Assembly (NCBI GenBank): GCA_900617105.1
Contig: UYFQ01000600.1
Span: 310,001-374,000 of the forward strand
Reading direction: 5' to 3'
DNA: 64,000 nt
Source of the DNA: Hydrurus foetidus
Taxonomy: Eukaryota
Numbering within the stretch: position 1 is the stretch's first letter; the number at the start of each line of letters is the position of its first letter. Below, piece after piece: positions 10,875-22,252 of the stretch. Made by a program: the position numbers and the translations under genes. The notes beneath the pieces are model-generated. The model did no database searches. It saw only the letters and a list, made by a program, of their open reading frames with translations, and was not told the origin of the DNA.

Positions 10875-10910
10875 ATAGATTGATTATATTGATCAAGATT
10901 GACGATCAAG
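10875..10910. promoter_or_regulatory. Divergent promoter/operator with three ATTGAY direct repeats
   Basis: ATTGAT 10879, ATTGAT 10888, ATTGAC 10898; minus-strand TATAAT lies 8 nt before the ATG at 10874. Confidence 0.55.
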
Positions 10911-10948
10911 CACGACGGGCGCGAATTGCCGCCCGAAGGGGCCTCACC

Positions 10949-12037
10949 ATGTCCGAAGGTCTTGCCCATGGGCTTGAAGGCGTGATCGCCGCCCACACCG
11001 TTCTGTCCGACGTCGACGGCGCCCACGGCCGCCTGGTCATTCGCGGCTATGCCGTCGAGGATCTGGCCGGCCACACCCCCTTCGAGCAGGCGGCGCACCT
11101 GCTGTTCGACGGATTTTTCGACGATATGCCGGCCGATCTGGCCCCGGCCCTCGGCGCGGCGGGTCAGGTGTTCGCCGAGGTCGGCGCGCTGGATGAAGCC
11201 CTGGCCAGACGTGATCCGGTCGAGGCCATGCGCGCCCTGCTGGCCCGCCTGCCCGACGGCGATGACCTGGCCACCGCCCTGCTGCTGCTGGCCGCCCCGG
11301 CCGTCTTCACCCCGCCGTGCTGCGCGTCGCCGCCGGCCAGACCCCGTCGCGCCCGATCCCGCCCTGTCGCACGCCGCCGACATCCTGCGGATGACCCGTG
11401 GCCAGCCGGCCAGCGACGCCGAGACCCGGGCGCTGGACGCCTATCTGGTCACCGTCTGCGACCATGGCCTGAACGCCTCGACCTTCGCGGCCCGGGTGAT
11501 CGCCTCGACCCGGGCGGGCCTGACCTCGGCGGTGCTGGGCGGGATCTCGGCCCTGAAGGGTCCGCTGCACGGCGGCGCGCCGGGGCCGGTGATCGACATG
11601 CTGGACGCCATTGGAACCCGGAAAATGCTCGCCCTGGCTGAAAGGCCCTGGCGCGCGGCGACCGGCTGATGGGGTTCGGCCATCGCATCTATCGCGTCCG
11701 CGACCCCCGCGCCGACGCCCTGAAGGCCGCCGTCCGCAAGCTGTCGGACGCCTCCCGCGCCCTGCCCGGCCGCGTCGCCTTCGCCGAGGCCGTCGAGCAG
11801 GCCGCCCTGCAGATCCTGCGCGAGCGCAAGCCCGACCGGCCGCTGGACACCAATGTCGAGTTCTATACCGCCCTGCTGCTGGAGGCCCTGGGCCTGCCGC
11901 CGGCCAGCTTCACCTGCGTGTTCGCCATGGGCCGCACGGCCGGCTGGATCGCCCATGCCCGCGAGCAGCTGGCGGGCGGCAAGCTGATCCGGCCGCAGTC
12001 GGTCTATGTGGGGCCCGGCGTGCGGCAGGCCGCCTGA
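10949..12037 (+). CDS. Citrate synthase / methylcitrate synthase family, frameshifted
   Basis: GLEGVIAAHT..GRLVIRGY, DHGLNASTF, KGPLHGGA, MGFGHRIYRVRDPRA, NVEFY, LIRPQSVYVG. Confidence 0.92.
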
Positions 12038-12045
12038 CGGCAAAG

Positions 12046-12075
12046 GCGAGAACGACTCGCGCGAGTCGTTCTCGC
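12046..12075. promoter_or_regulatory. Perfect 30-bp palindrome, possible double Fur-like box (or hairpin terminator)
   Basis: gcgagaacgactcgc|gcgagtcgttctcgc, 35 nt upstream of the CDF gene. Confidence 0.5.
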
Positions 12076-12109
12076 TGGGGCCTGGCCGCGCCGCTTGTTA
12101 GGAGGCGCC

Positions 12110-13039
12110 ATGAGCCTCTCCGCCCTGTCGCCTGAAACCCAGGCCCTGACCCGTCGCGTCACCGCCCTGTCGGTGGCGGTCGCGACCGTGCTGATCGTGG
12201 TCAAGACCCTGGCCTGGCTGGCCAGCGGCTCGGTGGCCATGCTGGCCTCGCTGTCGGACTCGGGCCTGGACCTGATCGCCTCGCTGATCACCTTCTTCGC
12301 GGTGCGCTACGCGGCCGAGCCGCCGGACGCCGAGCACCGCTTCGGGCACGGCAAGGCCGAGGCCTTTTCCAGCCTGATGCAGGGCGGCCTGGTCTTCGCC
12401 TCCGGGGCCCTGATCGGCCAGGAAGCGATCCGGGCCATGTTCAATCCGCGTCCGGTCGAGCAGGGCCTGCTGGCCATGGCGGTGATGGTGGTCTCGATCG
12501 CCCTGACCCTGGCCCTGATCATCGCCCAGTCGAAGGTGCTGAAATCGACCGGCTCGATCGCCGTCTCGGGCGACCGGGCCCACTATGCCGCCGATCTGGG
12601 CTCCAACGCCGTGGCCCTGGTCGGGATCGGCGCGGCCTCTTTCCTGGGCATCGGCTGGATCGACGCCGTCGCCGGCCTGATCGTGGCCCTGTGGCTGATC
12701 TGGGGCGCGATCGGCGTGTTCCGCGAAGCCGCCAGCCAGCTGATGGACCGCGAACTGCCCGACGAGGACCGCAAGCGCATCGTCGCCCTGGCGACCGAGG
12801 ATCCGCGCGTGCTGGGCGTGCACCAGCTGCGCACCCGCGCCTCGGGCCCCTATGTCCACATGCAGATGCACGCCGACCTTGAAGCCGGCATCTCGCTGGC
12901 CGAGGCCCACACCATCATGGTCAATGCCGAGAACCGCCTGCTGGAGGCCTTTCCGGCCGCCGACATCATCATCCACCCCGACCCCCGGGGTAAGGCCGAG
13001 ACCCACGGCGGGCTGTTCGCCGAAGCCCATCACGGCTAG
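12110..13039 (+). CDS. Cation diffusion facilitator (FieF/YiiP-like)
   Basis: SGSVAMLASLSDSGLD, PPDAEHRFGHGKAE, HYAADL, HQLRTRASG, IIHPDP; GGAGG RBS. Confidence 0.93.
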   Translation: MSLSALSPETQALTRRVTALSVAVATVLIVVKTLAWLASGSVAMLASLSDSGLDLIASLITFFAVRYAAEPPDAEHRFGHGKAEAFSSLMQGGLVFASGALIGQEAIRAMFNPRPVEQGLLAMAVMVVSIALTLALIIAQSKVLKSTGSIAVSGDRAHYAADLGSNAVALVGIGAASFLGIGWIDAVAGLIVALWLIWGAIGVFREAASQLMDRELPDEDRKRIVALATEDPRVLGVHQLRTRASGPYVHMQMHADLEAGISLAEAHTIMVNAENRLLEAFPAADIIIHPDPRGKAETHGGLFAEAHHG

Positions 13040-13076
13040 TAAGCGCCAGATCTTTTTCGAGACGAGCCGCCGCCGC

Positions 13077-14533
13077 ATGGACGACACCCTGGCCCAACTG
13101 CCCCACGCCTTCGCCGGCAAGACCGTGCTGGTGCTGGGCGATGTGATGCTGGACCGCTTCATCTACGGCGCCGTCGACCGCATCTCGCCCGAGGCCCCGG
13201 TGCCGGTCATCGCCGTCGAGCGCGAGACGGCCATGCTGGGCGGCGCGGGCAATGTGGCCCGCAATGTCGCGGCCCTGGGCGGGCGGGCCGTGCTGATCGG
13301 CCTGATCGGAAACGACGACGCCGGCCGCGCCCTGACCGCCATGCTGGACGACGAGGCGGGCGTTGAGGCCCATCTGGTCATCGACCCCAAGCGTCGAACG
13401 ACCGAAAAGGTCCGCTACATCTCCGGCTCGCACCAGATGCTGCGGGTCGACCGCGAGGATCGCGGACCCGCCGAACCAGCGCCCTGCTGGCCGCCTTCAG
13501 CCAGCGGCTGGCCGCCGCCGACGTGGTAGTGCTGTCGGACTACGCCAAGGGCGTGCTGACCGACACCGTCACCCGCCAGGCCATCGACGCCGCCCGCGCC
13601 GCCGGCAAGCCGGTGATCGTCGATCCCAAGAGCCGCAACCTCGCCCGCTATGACGGCGCGACCCTGGTCAAGCCCAACCGCAAGGAAGCGGCCGAAGCCA
13701 CCGGCGTCACCGACGACAGCGACGAAGCCTCCGAAGAGGCCGGCGCAGCGATCCTGGCCATGGCGCCCGCTCTGGACGCCGCCCTGATCACGCGGGGCGG
13801 CGCAGGCATGACCCTCAGCGTACGGGGCCAGCCGCCCGTGCATTTGCCGGCCACCGCCGTGGAAGTGTTTGACGTCTCCGGCGCCGGCGACACCGTGGCT
13901 GCCACCCTGGCCCTGGCCGTCGCGGCCGGCGCCTCCCTGGCCGACGCCGCCCGCCTGGCCAACCTCGCCGCCGGCCTGGTGGTGGCCAAGCTGGGCACCG
14001 ACGTGGTCACGGCCGCCGAGCTGACCGCTCTCGCCCGCTCCGAAGCGGGCGCGCCGGCCGAGGTCAAGATCGCCGACCTGCCCCACGCCCTGGAGATCGT
14101 CGCCGGCTGGCGGGCGCGCGGCCAGACCGTGGGCTTCACCAATGGCTGTTTCGACCTGCTGCACCCCGGACACGTCTCGCTGCTGGACCAGTCGCGGGCC
14201 GCGTGTGACCGGCTGATCGTGGGCCTCAATACCGACGCCTCGGTCTCCAAGCTGAAGGGCCCCACCCGGCCGGTTCAGAAGGAGCATGCCCGCGCCGTCG
14301 TCCTGGCCTCGCTGTCGTCGGTGGATCTGGTCGTGCTGTTTGACGAAGACACCCCGCTGAACCTGATCCAGGCCTTCCGCCCCGATGTGCTGGTCAAGGG
14401 CGCCGACTACACCGTCGAGACCGTGGTCGGCTCCGACGTGGTGCTGGGCTATGGCGGCCGGGTGCTGCTGGCCGACCTCAAGCAGGGCCAGAGCACGACC
14501 GCCCTGATCGGCCGAATGAACGCCAAACCCTAA
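13077..14533 (+). CDS. hldE: Bifunctional heptose 7-phosphate kinase / heptose 1-phosphate adenylyltransferase (frameshift near 13480)
   Basis: VLGDVMLDRF..RISPEAPVP, SDYAKG, DVSGAGDT, FTNGCFDLLHPGH, LVKGADY. Confidence 0.95.
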
Positions 14534-14653
14534 GCTTCACTATGACAAAACGCCACGCAAACGCCTGCTTTGCTTGGGTTAACAGTGTTCAGCAACAGGT
14601 TGTTAAGCAAACCGGCGCATCGCTCTGCTGATGCAGCCTGAGCGCAAATGGGC

Positions 14654-15340
14654 ATGAGCGTCGATCGCACCCTTCATCATTTCCCCCTGGACCCCGCCTC
14701 GCGACAGGTGCGTCTGGCCCTGGGTGAAAAGCGTCTGCCCTTCGCCGAGGTGCAGGTTCGCTATTGGGAAGGCGCGCCTGACTTTCTGGCCCTGAACCCG
14801 TCGGGCGTGACCCCGGTGCTGATCGAGATCCGCAGCGAGCGCAAGACCGTGGTCTGCGAGACGCGGGCCATCCTCGAGCACATCGAGGAACAGGATCCCG
14901 AGCCGGCCCTGCTGGGTGCGACGCCAGCGAAGCGCGCCGAGGCCCGCCGGCTGCTGCAATGGTTCGACCGCAAGTTCGACAACGAGGTCAACGGCTTCCT
15001 GCTGCACGAGAAGATGGAAAAGCGCCTGCTGCGGCTGGGCGCGCCCGATCTGTCGTCGCTTCGTCGGGGTCGCGAGGCCCTGCGCCAGCATCTGGCCTAT
15101 GTGGATGGCCTGCTGCAGACCCGCGACTGGCTGGCCGGCCGCCGCATGAGCCTGGCCGACTTCGCCGCCGCCGCCCACCTGTCGGTGATCGACTATTTCG
15201 GCGATGTGCCCTGGCAGGACTTCCCGACCGCCAAGACCTGGTACATGAAGCTCAAATCGAGGCCCTGCTTCAGGCCCATCCTGGCCGATCGCTGGCCCGG
15301 CCTCGCGCCGGCCGCGCATTATGACGACCTCGACTTCTAG
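14654..15340 (+). CDS. fzlA: FtsZ-binding GST-like protein FzlA
   Basis: [26 protein letters not shown]...HYDDLDF, 228 aa GST fold. Confidence 0.9.
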   Translation: MSVDRTLHHFPLDPASRQVRLALGEKRLPFAEVQVRYWEGAPDFLALNPSGVTPVLIEIRSERKTVVCETRAILEHIEEQDPEPALLGATPAKRAEARRLLQWFDRKFDNEVNGFLLHEKMEKRLLRLGAPDLSSLRRGREALRQHLAYVDGLLQTRDWLAGRRMSLADFAAAAHLSVIDYFGDVPWQDFPTAKTWYMKLKSRPCFRPILADRWPGLAPAAHYDDLDF

Positions 15341-16453
15341 TCATCCGAACCAGAGCCTGCCCAATGGGGTGGTAAAGGACGAGATCCGCGCCGAGGCCCT
15401 GCGGCTGGGCTTCCATGCCTGCGGGTTCGCCGACGCGGCCGCCGCCTGGCCCAATGGCCAATGGCTGGCCGATTTCGTGGCCGAGGGCTTCCACGGCGAC
15501 ATGGGCTGGATGGAAGAGACCCTGGAGCGCCGCAGCCACCCCACCGCCATGTGGACCGACGCCCGGTCGGCCGTGGTGTTGGGCATGAACTATGGCCCCG
15601 ACCACGATCCGCTGACCGCCCTGGAGCATCCCGACCGCGCGGCGATCTCGGTCTATGCCCAGGGCGACGACTATCATGACGTGGTCAAGAAGCGGCTGAA
15701 ACTGCTGGCCGGCTGGATGCACCACCGGTTTGGCGAAGAGGTAAAGGTCTTTGTCGACACCGCCCCGCTGATGGAAAAGCCCCTGGCCCAGAGGGCCGGG
15801 CTGGGCTGGCAGGGCAAGCACACCAACCTGGTCTCGCGACCGTTCGGCTCGTGGCTGTTCCTGGGCTCGGTGCTGACGACGCTGGACCTGCCGCCCGACG
15901 CCGCCGAGGTGGATCACTGCGGCTCCTGCCGGGCCTGCCTGGACATCTGCCCGACCCAGGCGTTCCCGGAGCCCAACCGCCTCGATGCGCGGCGCTGCAT
16001 CTCCTACCTGACCATCGAGCTGGCCGGCCCGATCCCGGCCGAGTTCCGGCCCGCCATGGGCAACCGCATCTATGGCTGCGACGACTGCCTGGCGGTCTGC
16101 CCTGGAACAAGTTCGCCCAGGTCTCCAGCGAGGCCAAGTTCCACGCCCGCGAGGCGCTGAAGGGACCGTCGCTGGCGGATCTGGCCGGGCTGGACGATCC
16201 GGCGTTCCGGGCGCTGTTTTCCAAGAACCCGGTCAAGCGCATCGGGCGGGACCGGTTCGTGCGCAATGTGCTCTACGCGATCGGCAACAGCGGGGATGCG
16301 GCGCTGATGGAAGTCATCGAGCCGTTGCTTGGCGATCCGGCGCCGGTGGTACGCGGGGCGGCGGTCTGGGCGGCGCGGCGGCTGGCGCCGGACAGGGCGA
16401 TGGCGCTGCGGGGCGTCGAAGGCGACGCCGACGTGTTGTCGGAGTGGGCTTAA
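15321..16453 (+). CDS. queG: Epoxyqueuosine reductase (frameshift near 16100)
   Basis: [54 protein letters not shown]-like tail. Confidence 0.93.
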
Positions 16454-16454
16454 A

Positions 16455-16579
16455 GTCCTCCCCCTAGCGGGGGAGGTGTCGCCGGAGGCGACGGAGGGGG
16501 AAGTTCTTCCGACTCATTGCGGTCTTCCCCCACCGGCCCCCGATCAAGTCGGGGCCGCCTCCCCCTTCAGGGGGAGGAC
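16455..16579. repeat. Palindromic intergenic repeat (CCTCCCCC..GGGGGAGG family) between convergent genes
   Basis: TIR gtcctccccct/agggggaggac with internal hairpins; similar copies at 18126, 20451, 56878, 58420. Confidence 0.85.
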
Positions 16580-16584
16580 CCTGC

Positions 16585-17455
16585 TTACAGCTTCAGCAGA
16601 TCCTCGATCGCCGACCTTGCCGCCGAGCCCAGCTCCGGATGCGCCAGGGCCATGGCCACATTGGCCCGCAGCAGGCCGATCTTGTCGCCGCAGTCATAGG
16701 TGATGCCCTCGTACTCAAGGGCGTGGAAGTCCTGGGTCCCCATCAGCTTCAGCATCGAATCCGTCAGCTGGATCTCGTTGCCGGCGCCCTTCTCTTGGCT
16801 GGCCAGCAGATCGAAGATCTCGGGCTGCAGGATGTAGCGGCCGCTGATGAACAGGTTGGAGGGCTCAGTCCCCTTGGCCGGCTTCTCGACCATGCCAGTC
16901 ATGCGGTTCAGGCGGCCGTCCTGGCCGTCCAGGGCCACGATGCCGTACTGGTGGGCCTGACCGGCCGGGCAGGGTTCGACCACGACGATATTGCCGCCGA
17001 CCTGGTCATAGGCCTCGATGGCCTGGGCCAGGGCCGAGGTCTGGGCGTGCATGACCATGTCGGGCAGCAGAACGGCGAACGGCTCGTCGCCGACGATGTC
17101 GCGGGCGCACCAGACCGCGTGGCCCAGGCCCAGCGGGGCCATCTGGCGCACGAAGCTCATCTCGCCGGGCCTGGGCAGCTCGGCCAGCAGCTCATCCAGC
17201 ATCTCGTCTTGCCCTTGGCCGCCAGGGCGGCCTCCAGCTCGACGTGATGGTCGAAATAGTCCTCGATCGCGCCCTTGCCGCGACCGGTGACGAAGATGAA
17301 GTGCTCGATGCCCGCCGCGCGGGCCTCGGCCACGACGTAGGACAGGATCGGCCTGTCCACGACGTTCAGCAGTTCCTTCGGGGTCGTCTTGGTGCCCGGC
17401 AGTACGCGGGTGCCAAAACCGGCGACGGAAGAACAGCCTTGCGAACCGGTTTCAT
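16585..17455 (-). CDS. galU: UTP-glucose-1-phosphate uridylyltransferase, frameshifted
   Basis: [57 protein letters not shown]. Confidence 0.93.
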
Positions 17456-17620
17456 GAGCGCCTCATCAATCCTATGCGGTGGCCGTTTCTAGGGGGCGAA
17501 ATGGCGAAACACCACCACCGTTCCGTGAAATCATCGCTGGCCAGGATCGTCCGGCAGGCGGAAGATTGATCTTCGCGCGGAGCCTGCTAGCTGAAACGCC
17601 AATTGTCTTCGGAGGCTTCC

Positions 17621-18118
17621 ATGCATCGTCGCACCCTGCTCACCCTTCTGACCGCCGGCGCCGCCGTCTCGCTGGCGGGCTGCGGCAACAAGAAGGCCTC
17701 GGAAAACCTGCTGGCCGCCGACGCCTTCATGGCCAAGAACGCCAAGGAACCGGGCGTGGTCACCCTGCCCGAGGGCCTGCAGTACAAGATCGTCCGCTCG
17801 GGCCCGAACGGCGGCATGCATCCCACCCGCGCCGACGAGGTGAAGGTTCACTATGAGGGCAAGCTGATCGACGGCACGATCTTCGACAGCAGCTATGAGC
17901 GCGGCGTGCCGGCCTCGTTCCCGCTGGACGGCCTGGTGCCGGCCTGGGTCATCGCCCTGCAGCGCATGAAGGCCGGCGACGAGTGGATCCTCTATGTGCC
18001 GCCGGCCCTGGGCTATGGCGCCCAGGACAAGGGCCCGATCCCCGGCAACAGCGTGATGATCTTCCGCATCGAACTGATCGACGTGCTGCGCGCGCCGACG
18101 GGCGTGCCGAAGGGGTAG
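17621..18118 (+). CDS. FKBP-type peptidyl-prolyl isomerase, predicted lipoprotein
   Basis: LAGC lipobox; VKVHYEGKLIDGTIFDSS, PPALGYG, IPGNSVMIFRIEL. Confidence 0.93.
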   Translation: MHRRTLLTLLTAGAAVSLAGCGNKKASENLLAADAFMAKNAKEPGVVTLPEGLQYKIVRSGPNGGMHPTRADEVKVHYEGKLIDGTIFDSSYERGVPASFPLDGLVPAWVIALQRMKAGDEWILYVPPALGYGAQDKGPIPGNSVMIFRIELIDVLRAPTGVPKG

Positions 18119-18125
18119 CGATCGT

Positions 18126-18236
18126 AAGCCCTCCCTGAAGGGGAGGCGGCCGAAGGCCGGAGGGGGAAGTCGGCAATGACCTGCACACTTCCCTCTCCGT
18201 CGGCTTCGCCGACACCTCCCCTTCAGGGGAGGACTT
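18126..18236. repeat. Palindromic intergenic repeat between convergent genes
   Basis: aagccctccctgaaggggagg ... cctccccttcaggggaggactt. Confidence 0.85.
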
Positions 18237-18242
18237 GCTCGC

Positions 18243-19445
18243 CTAAACCGACCGCGGCGGGTAGCCCTTGTCGCGCAGGGCGTCGATGATTTCCTGGGTG
18301 TGCTGGGCGTCCCGGGTTTCGATGGTGATGTCGAATTCCGCGCCCTTGGCCGGCACGTCCAGGGCCAGGCGGTTGTGATTGACCTCGATGATATTGGCGC
18401 CCATCACGCCGATCACATTGGCCACGGTCGACAGCAGGCCGGGGCGGTCGTCGCCGACGATGCGCAGGGAGACCAGCCGCTGGGCGCGGACCAGTTCGCG
18501 GGTCAGCACCGAGGCCAGCAGGCGGGTGTCGATATTGCCGCCGCACAGGATCAGGCCGCACTTCTTGCCCCGGAAGCGTTCGGGGTAGGCCAGCAAGGCC
18601 GCCAGCGAGGCCGCGCCCGCGCCCTCGGCAATGGTCTTCTCGACATTGCAGTACAGCGCCACGGCCTGCTCGATATGCGGCTCTTCCAGCAGCAAAACAT
18701 CGTCGATCAGCGGCCGGGCGACGCCATAGGTCAGCTCGCCCACGGTCTTGACCGCCACGCCCTCGGCAATGGTCTGGCCGCCGCAATGGGCGGTGATGCC
18801 GCGCATCTTGGCGGTGAAGGACGGATACATGGCCGGCTCGCAGCCGATGATGCGGATGTCGGGCTTCAGGGCCTTGGCCGCCGTGGCCACGCCGCTGATC
18901 AGGCCGCCGCCGCCGATCGGCACGGGCAGGATCTCGAGATCCGGCGCGTCTTCCAGCATCTCCAGGGCGATGGTGCCCTGGCCGGCCATGATGTCGTAGT
19001 CGTCGAACGGGTGGACGAAGGTCAGGCCCTGCTCTTCGCGCAGCTTCAGCGCGTGGGCGTTGGCGTCGTCATAGCTTTCGCCCTCGATGATCACCGTCGC
19101 GCCGAAGTCGCGGGTGTGCTGCACCTTCACGAACGGCGTGGTCTTGGGCATGACGATGGTCACGGGCACGCCCAGCCGGGCGCCGTGATAGGCCAGGCCC
19201 TGGGCATGGTTGCCGGCGCTGGCGGCGATGACGCCCTTGGCCTTCTGGGCGTCGGACAGCAGCATCAGCTTGTTGAGCGCGCCGCGCTCCTTGTAGGCGG
19301 CCGTGAACTGCAGGTTCTCGAACTTCACCCACACCTCGGCGCCGGTAATCTTCGACAGGGTCTTGGAATAGCGGCACGGGGTGCGCTCGATATGGCCCTT
19401 GAGGCGGCCGGCGGCGGCCTGGATGGCGGCGAGGTCGAGAGTCAT
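18243..19445 (-). CDS. Threonine ammonia-lyase with C-terminal ACT domain
   Basis: KFENLQFTAAYKERGA, ASAGNHAQG, PIGGGGL, LCGGNID, DRPGLL ACT motif. Confidence 0.93.
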   Translation of the reverse strand: MTLDLAAIQAAAGRLKGHIERTPCRYSKTLSKITGAEVWVKFENLQFTAAYKERGALNKLMLLSDAQKAKGVIAASAGNHAQGLAYHGARLGVPVTIVMPKTTPFVKVQHTRDFGATVIIEGESYDDANAHALKLREEQGLTFVHPFDDYDIMAGQGTIALEMLEDAPDLEILPVPIGGGGLISGVATAAKALKPDIRIIGCEPAMYPSFTAKMRGITAHCGGQTIAEGVAVKTVGELTYGVARPLIDDVLLLEEPHIEQAVALYCNVEKTIAEGAGAASLAALLAYPERFRGKKCGLILCGGNIDTRLLASVLTRELVRAQRLVSLRIVGDDRPGLLSTVANVIGVMGANIIEVNHNRLALDVPAKGAEFDITIETRDAQHTQEIIDALRDKGYPPRSV

Positions 19446-19540
19446 GGGCTACCTGTCTGGACGCGGAACAATCACTTGGGCGGGGAGCGTCCGGGCGCGT
19501 CTAGCACAGTCGACCCGGGCTCCGCACGCCTTGCGGCGCC

Positions 19541-20435
19541 TCAGGGGGCCCGATCCAGCAGATCGGCGATCGCCGCCCAGGCCTGCGGCTCGGTGAGCAT
19601 TGGCGCGTGACCGACGCCGGGAACCTCGACCACCGCCATGTCAGGCGCGGCGGCGCACATTCGTTCCACGATCGGCGGGTCGATCAGGTCGGAAATGCCG
19701 CCGCGCACCAGCAGCACCGGGCGGTCCTTGGTCAGGGCGCGGAACAGCGGATACATGTCCGGGGCGAGGGCCGAGGCGCCATCCTTGTTGGCGGCGGCCG
19801 CCGCCTTGATCGGCGCCGAGATGTCCGGATCGCAGGCCAGGACGAAGCCGCCGTCCTTCTCGTCGAAGACCCGGCGGGCGAACCGGTCCCAGTCGGCGTC
19901 GCCATAGGCGGGGAAGGCGGCCTGGTTGATGCGGCGGGCATAGTCGACGGCCTCGGGCCAGGTTTCGAACCGGCTGGCCCCGCCGGCATAGGCGGCGATG
20001 CGGGTCAGGCCGACCGGCGACAGTTCAGGGCCGACATCGTTGAGCACCACCGCCGCGATGGCTTCCGGCTTGAACGACGCCAGCACCAGGGTGATCAGCC
20101 GCCCATGCTGGTGCCGATAAAGACGGCCCGCTCGATCCCGGTGGCGGCCAGCAGGGCCACGATGTCGCCGGCATAGGTCCCGGATGATAGTTCAGCGGCT
20201 GGATCCCAGGCCGACAGGCCCCGACCGCGCACATCCACCGCCAGGACGCGACGGCCCGTGGCGGCGATCAGCGGAGCCAGGTCCTCGAAGTCGCGGGCGT
20301 TGCGGGTCAGGCCGTGGATGCAGATCACCGGCAGGCCGGTGGCCTCGCCACCAAAACGCCTACCGGGGCGTAGTCGCGGGCGTGCAGCGGCAGGCCTTCG
20401 CCGGAGGTCCAGTAGAGGTCGGTGAAGCCGGTCAT
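19541..20435 (-). CDS. Alpha/beta hydrolase, frameshifted
   Basis: ICIHGLTRNARDF, VDVRGRG, GTSMGG, LNDVGPE, GVGHAPML. Confidence 0.88.
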
Positions 20436-20450
20436 GCGCGGTCCTTGAGC

Positions 20451-20562
20451 AAGTCCTCCCCCTAGCGGGGGAGGTGTCGGCGGAGCGACGGAGAAGTCGC
20501 GGCCCATTCATTGCCGACTTCCCCCTCCGACCTTCGGTCGCCTCCCCTCAGGGGGAGGATTT
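20451..20562. repeat. Palindromic intergenic repeat
   Basis: aagtcctccccctagcgggggaggtgtcg shared with the 16452 copy; closes with cctcccctcagggggaggattt. Confidence 0.85.
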
Positions 20563-21120
20563 TAGCCCCGTAAACGAACGGCGAGTCGATCTCGGCCGGG
20601 GCGCGGCTTCGTCGCGGGCATTGGCGCCGATGTCGGCATTGGGGATCGTCCAGTCGATGCCGATGGCCGGATCGTTCCACCGCACCGCGCCCTCGGCCGG
20701 CGGGGCGTAGTAGTCGGTGCACTTGTAGAGCACCTCGCAGTCATCGGTCAGGGTGCAGTAGCCGTGGGCGAAGCCATGGGGCACCAGCAGCTGCTGGCGG
20801 TTTTCGGCCGACAGCTCGGCCCCCACCCACTGGCCATAGGTCGGCGAGCCTTTGCGGATATCCACGGCCACATCGAAGATCGATCCGACCACGCAGCGCA
20901 GCAGCTTGTCCTGAGCGTGGGGCGGCTTCTGATAGTGCAGGCCGCGCTGGATGCCGCGCGTGGTCGAGCGCACATGGTTGTCCTGCACGAAGGGCCGGGT
21001 GAACCCGGCCTCTTCCAGCGCCGACTGGCGGAAGGTCTCCGAAAACCAGCCGCGCTCGTCGCCATGGCGGGCGGGCGTGATAAGCAGGACCTCGGGAATC
21101 GCCAGGGGGGTGATTTTCAT
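20562..21120 (-). CDS. rfbC: dTDP-4-dehydrorhamnose 3,5-epimerase (3' end uncertain)
   Basis: GDERGWFSE, QDNHVRS, RGLHYQ, DVAVDIRKGSPTYG, GFAHGY, WNDPAIGIDW. Confidence 0.95.
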
Positions 21121-21153
21121 GACCAGAACGCTCCAGGGACAAGTTCGCCACCG

Positions 21154-22183
21154 ATGCCGTCTGTGACCGCCGATGACAAGAGCGCGCCAAGCATCAAGCG
21201 TGATCATCGTCTCGTATGAGAGCGGTCCGACCCTGGAACGCTGCCTGGCGGGCTGGCCGCCCAGACCTTCACCGATTTCGAGATCCTGCTGGTCGACAAC
21301 GCCTCGACCGACGGCGCGCCCCAGGCCGCCGCCGCCACGATCCGTCGATCCGCTTCATCGACCCCGGCTCTAACCTGGGCTTCGCGGCCAACAATCTGGC
21401 GGTCAAGTCGGCGAGGGCCGCTGGCTGGCCCTGCTCAATCCCGACGCCTATCCCGAGCCCGGCTGGCTGGCGCCCTGATGGACGGCGCGGCGCGGCATCC
21501 GACCGTTCGAGAGCTTCGCCTCGCTGCAGACCTCGGCCGACGATCCGGCCGTGCTGGACGGGGCCGGCGACAACATGACCTCGGCCGGGATTCCCTTCCG
21601 GGGCGGCTATGGCCGGCTGCCGGCCAACCTGCCCGAGGCGAGGTGTTCTCGTCATGCGGCGCGGCCATGCTGATCGACAGGGCGCTGTTTGAAGACCTCG
21701 GCGGCTTCGACGAGCGGTTCTTCTGCTACTGCGAAGACGTGGATCTGGGCTATCGCCTGCGCCTGACCGGCCGACCACCCTGCTGCCGCAGGCTCGCGTA
21801 GCCCATGTCGGTTCGGCGGCAGCACGGGCGTGCGCTCGGACTTCGCCATCTTCCACGGCTCGCGCAACCGGGTATGGACCTTCCTCAGAACACCCCGCCC
21901 CTGCTGCTGGGCTGACCACGCTGCACGTGGCGGTGACGGCGGCGCTGCTGCTGCTGCATCTGCGCCGGGCGACGCCGGGCCGGCGGTGCGGGGGATCCGG
22001 GCGGCTTTGAAGGGTGCCGACTTTGCGGCGGTGATGGCCGACCGCAGAGCGGTTCAGGCGCGGCGCAAAGCCTCGTCCGGCGCGATCCTGCGGGTGATGT
22101 CGATCGACCCGGCGGCGTTCATCGGGCGGCGGTTCGTGATTAGGAAGCAGGAATTACCAGGTCGCAAGGCTTCAAATGATTGA
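21154..22183 (+). CDS. Glycosyltransferase family 2, multiply frameshifted
   Basis: VIIVSYES, ILLVDNASTDG, NLGFA, LLNPDA, CGAAMLI, GGFDERFFCYCEDVDLGYR. Confidence 0.85.
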
Positions 22184-22252
22184 AGAATTTTCCTATATCA
22201 ATCATAAATGTTGCGTACCATTCAATATACCCTTTACCGCGCTGATCATAAA

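Noticed and set aside
14575..14610. Full CtrA box upstream of fzlA
   Set aside because: Only TTAA half-sites; the best N7 pairing has two mismatches
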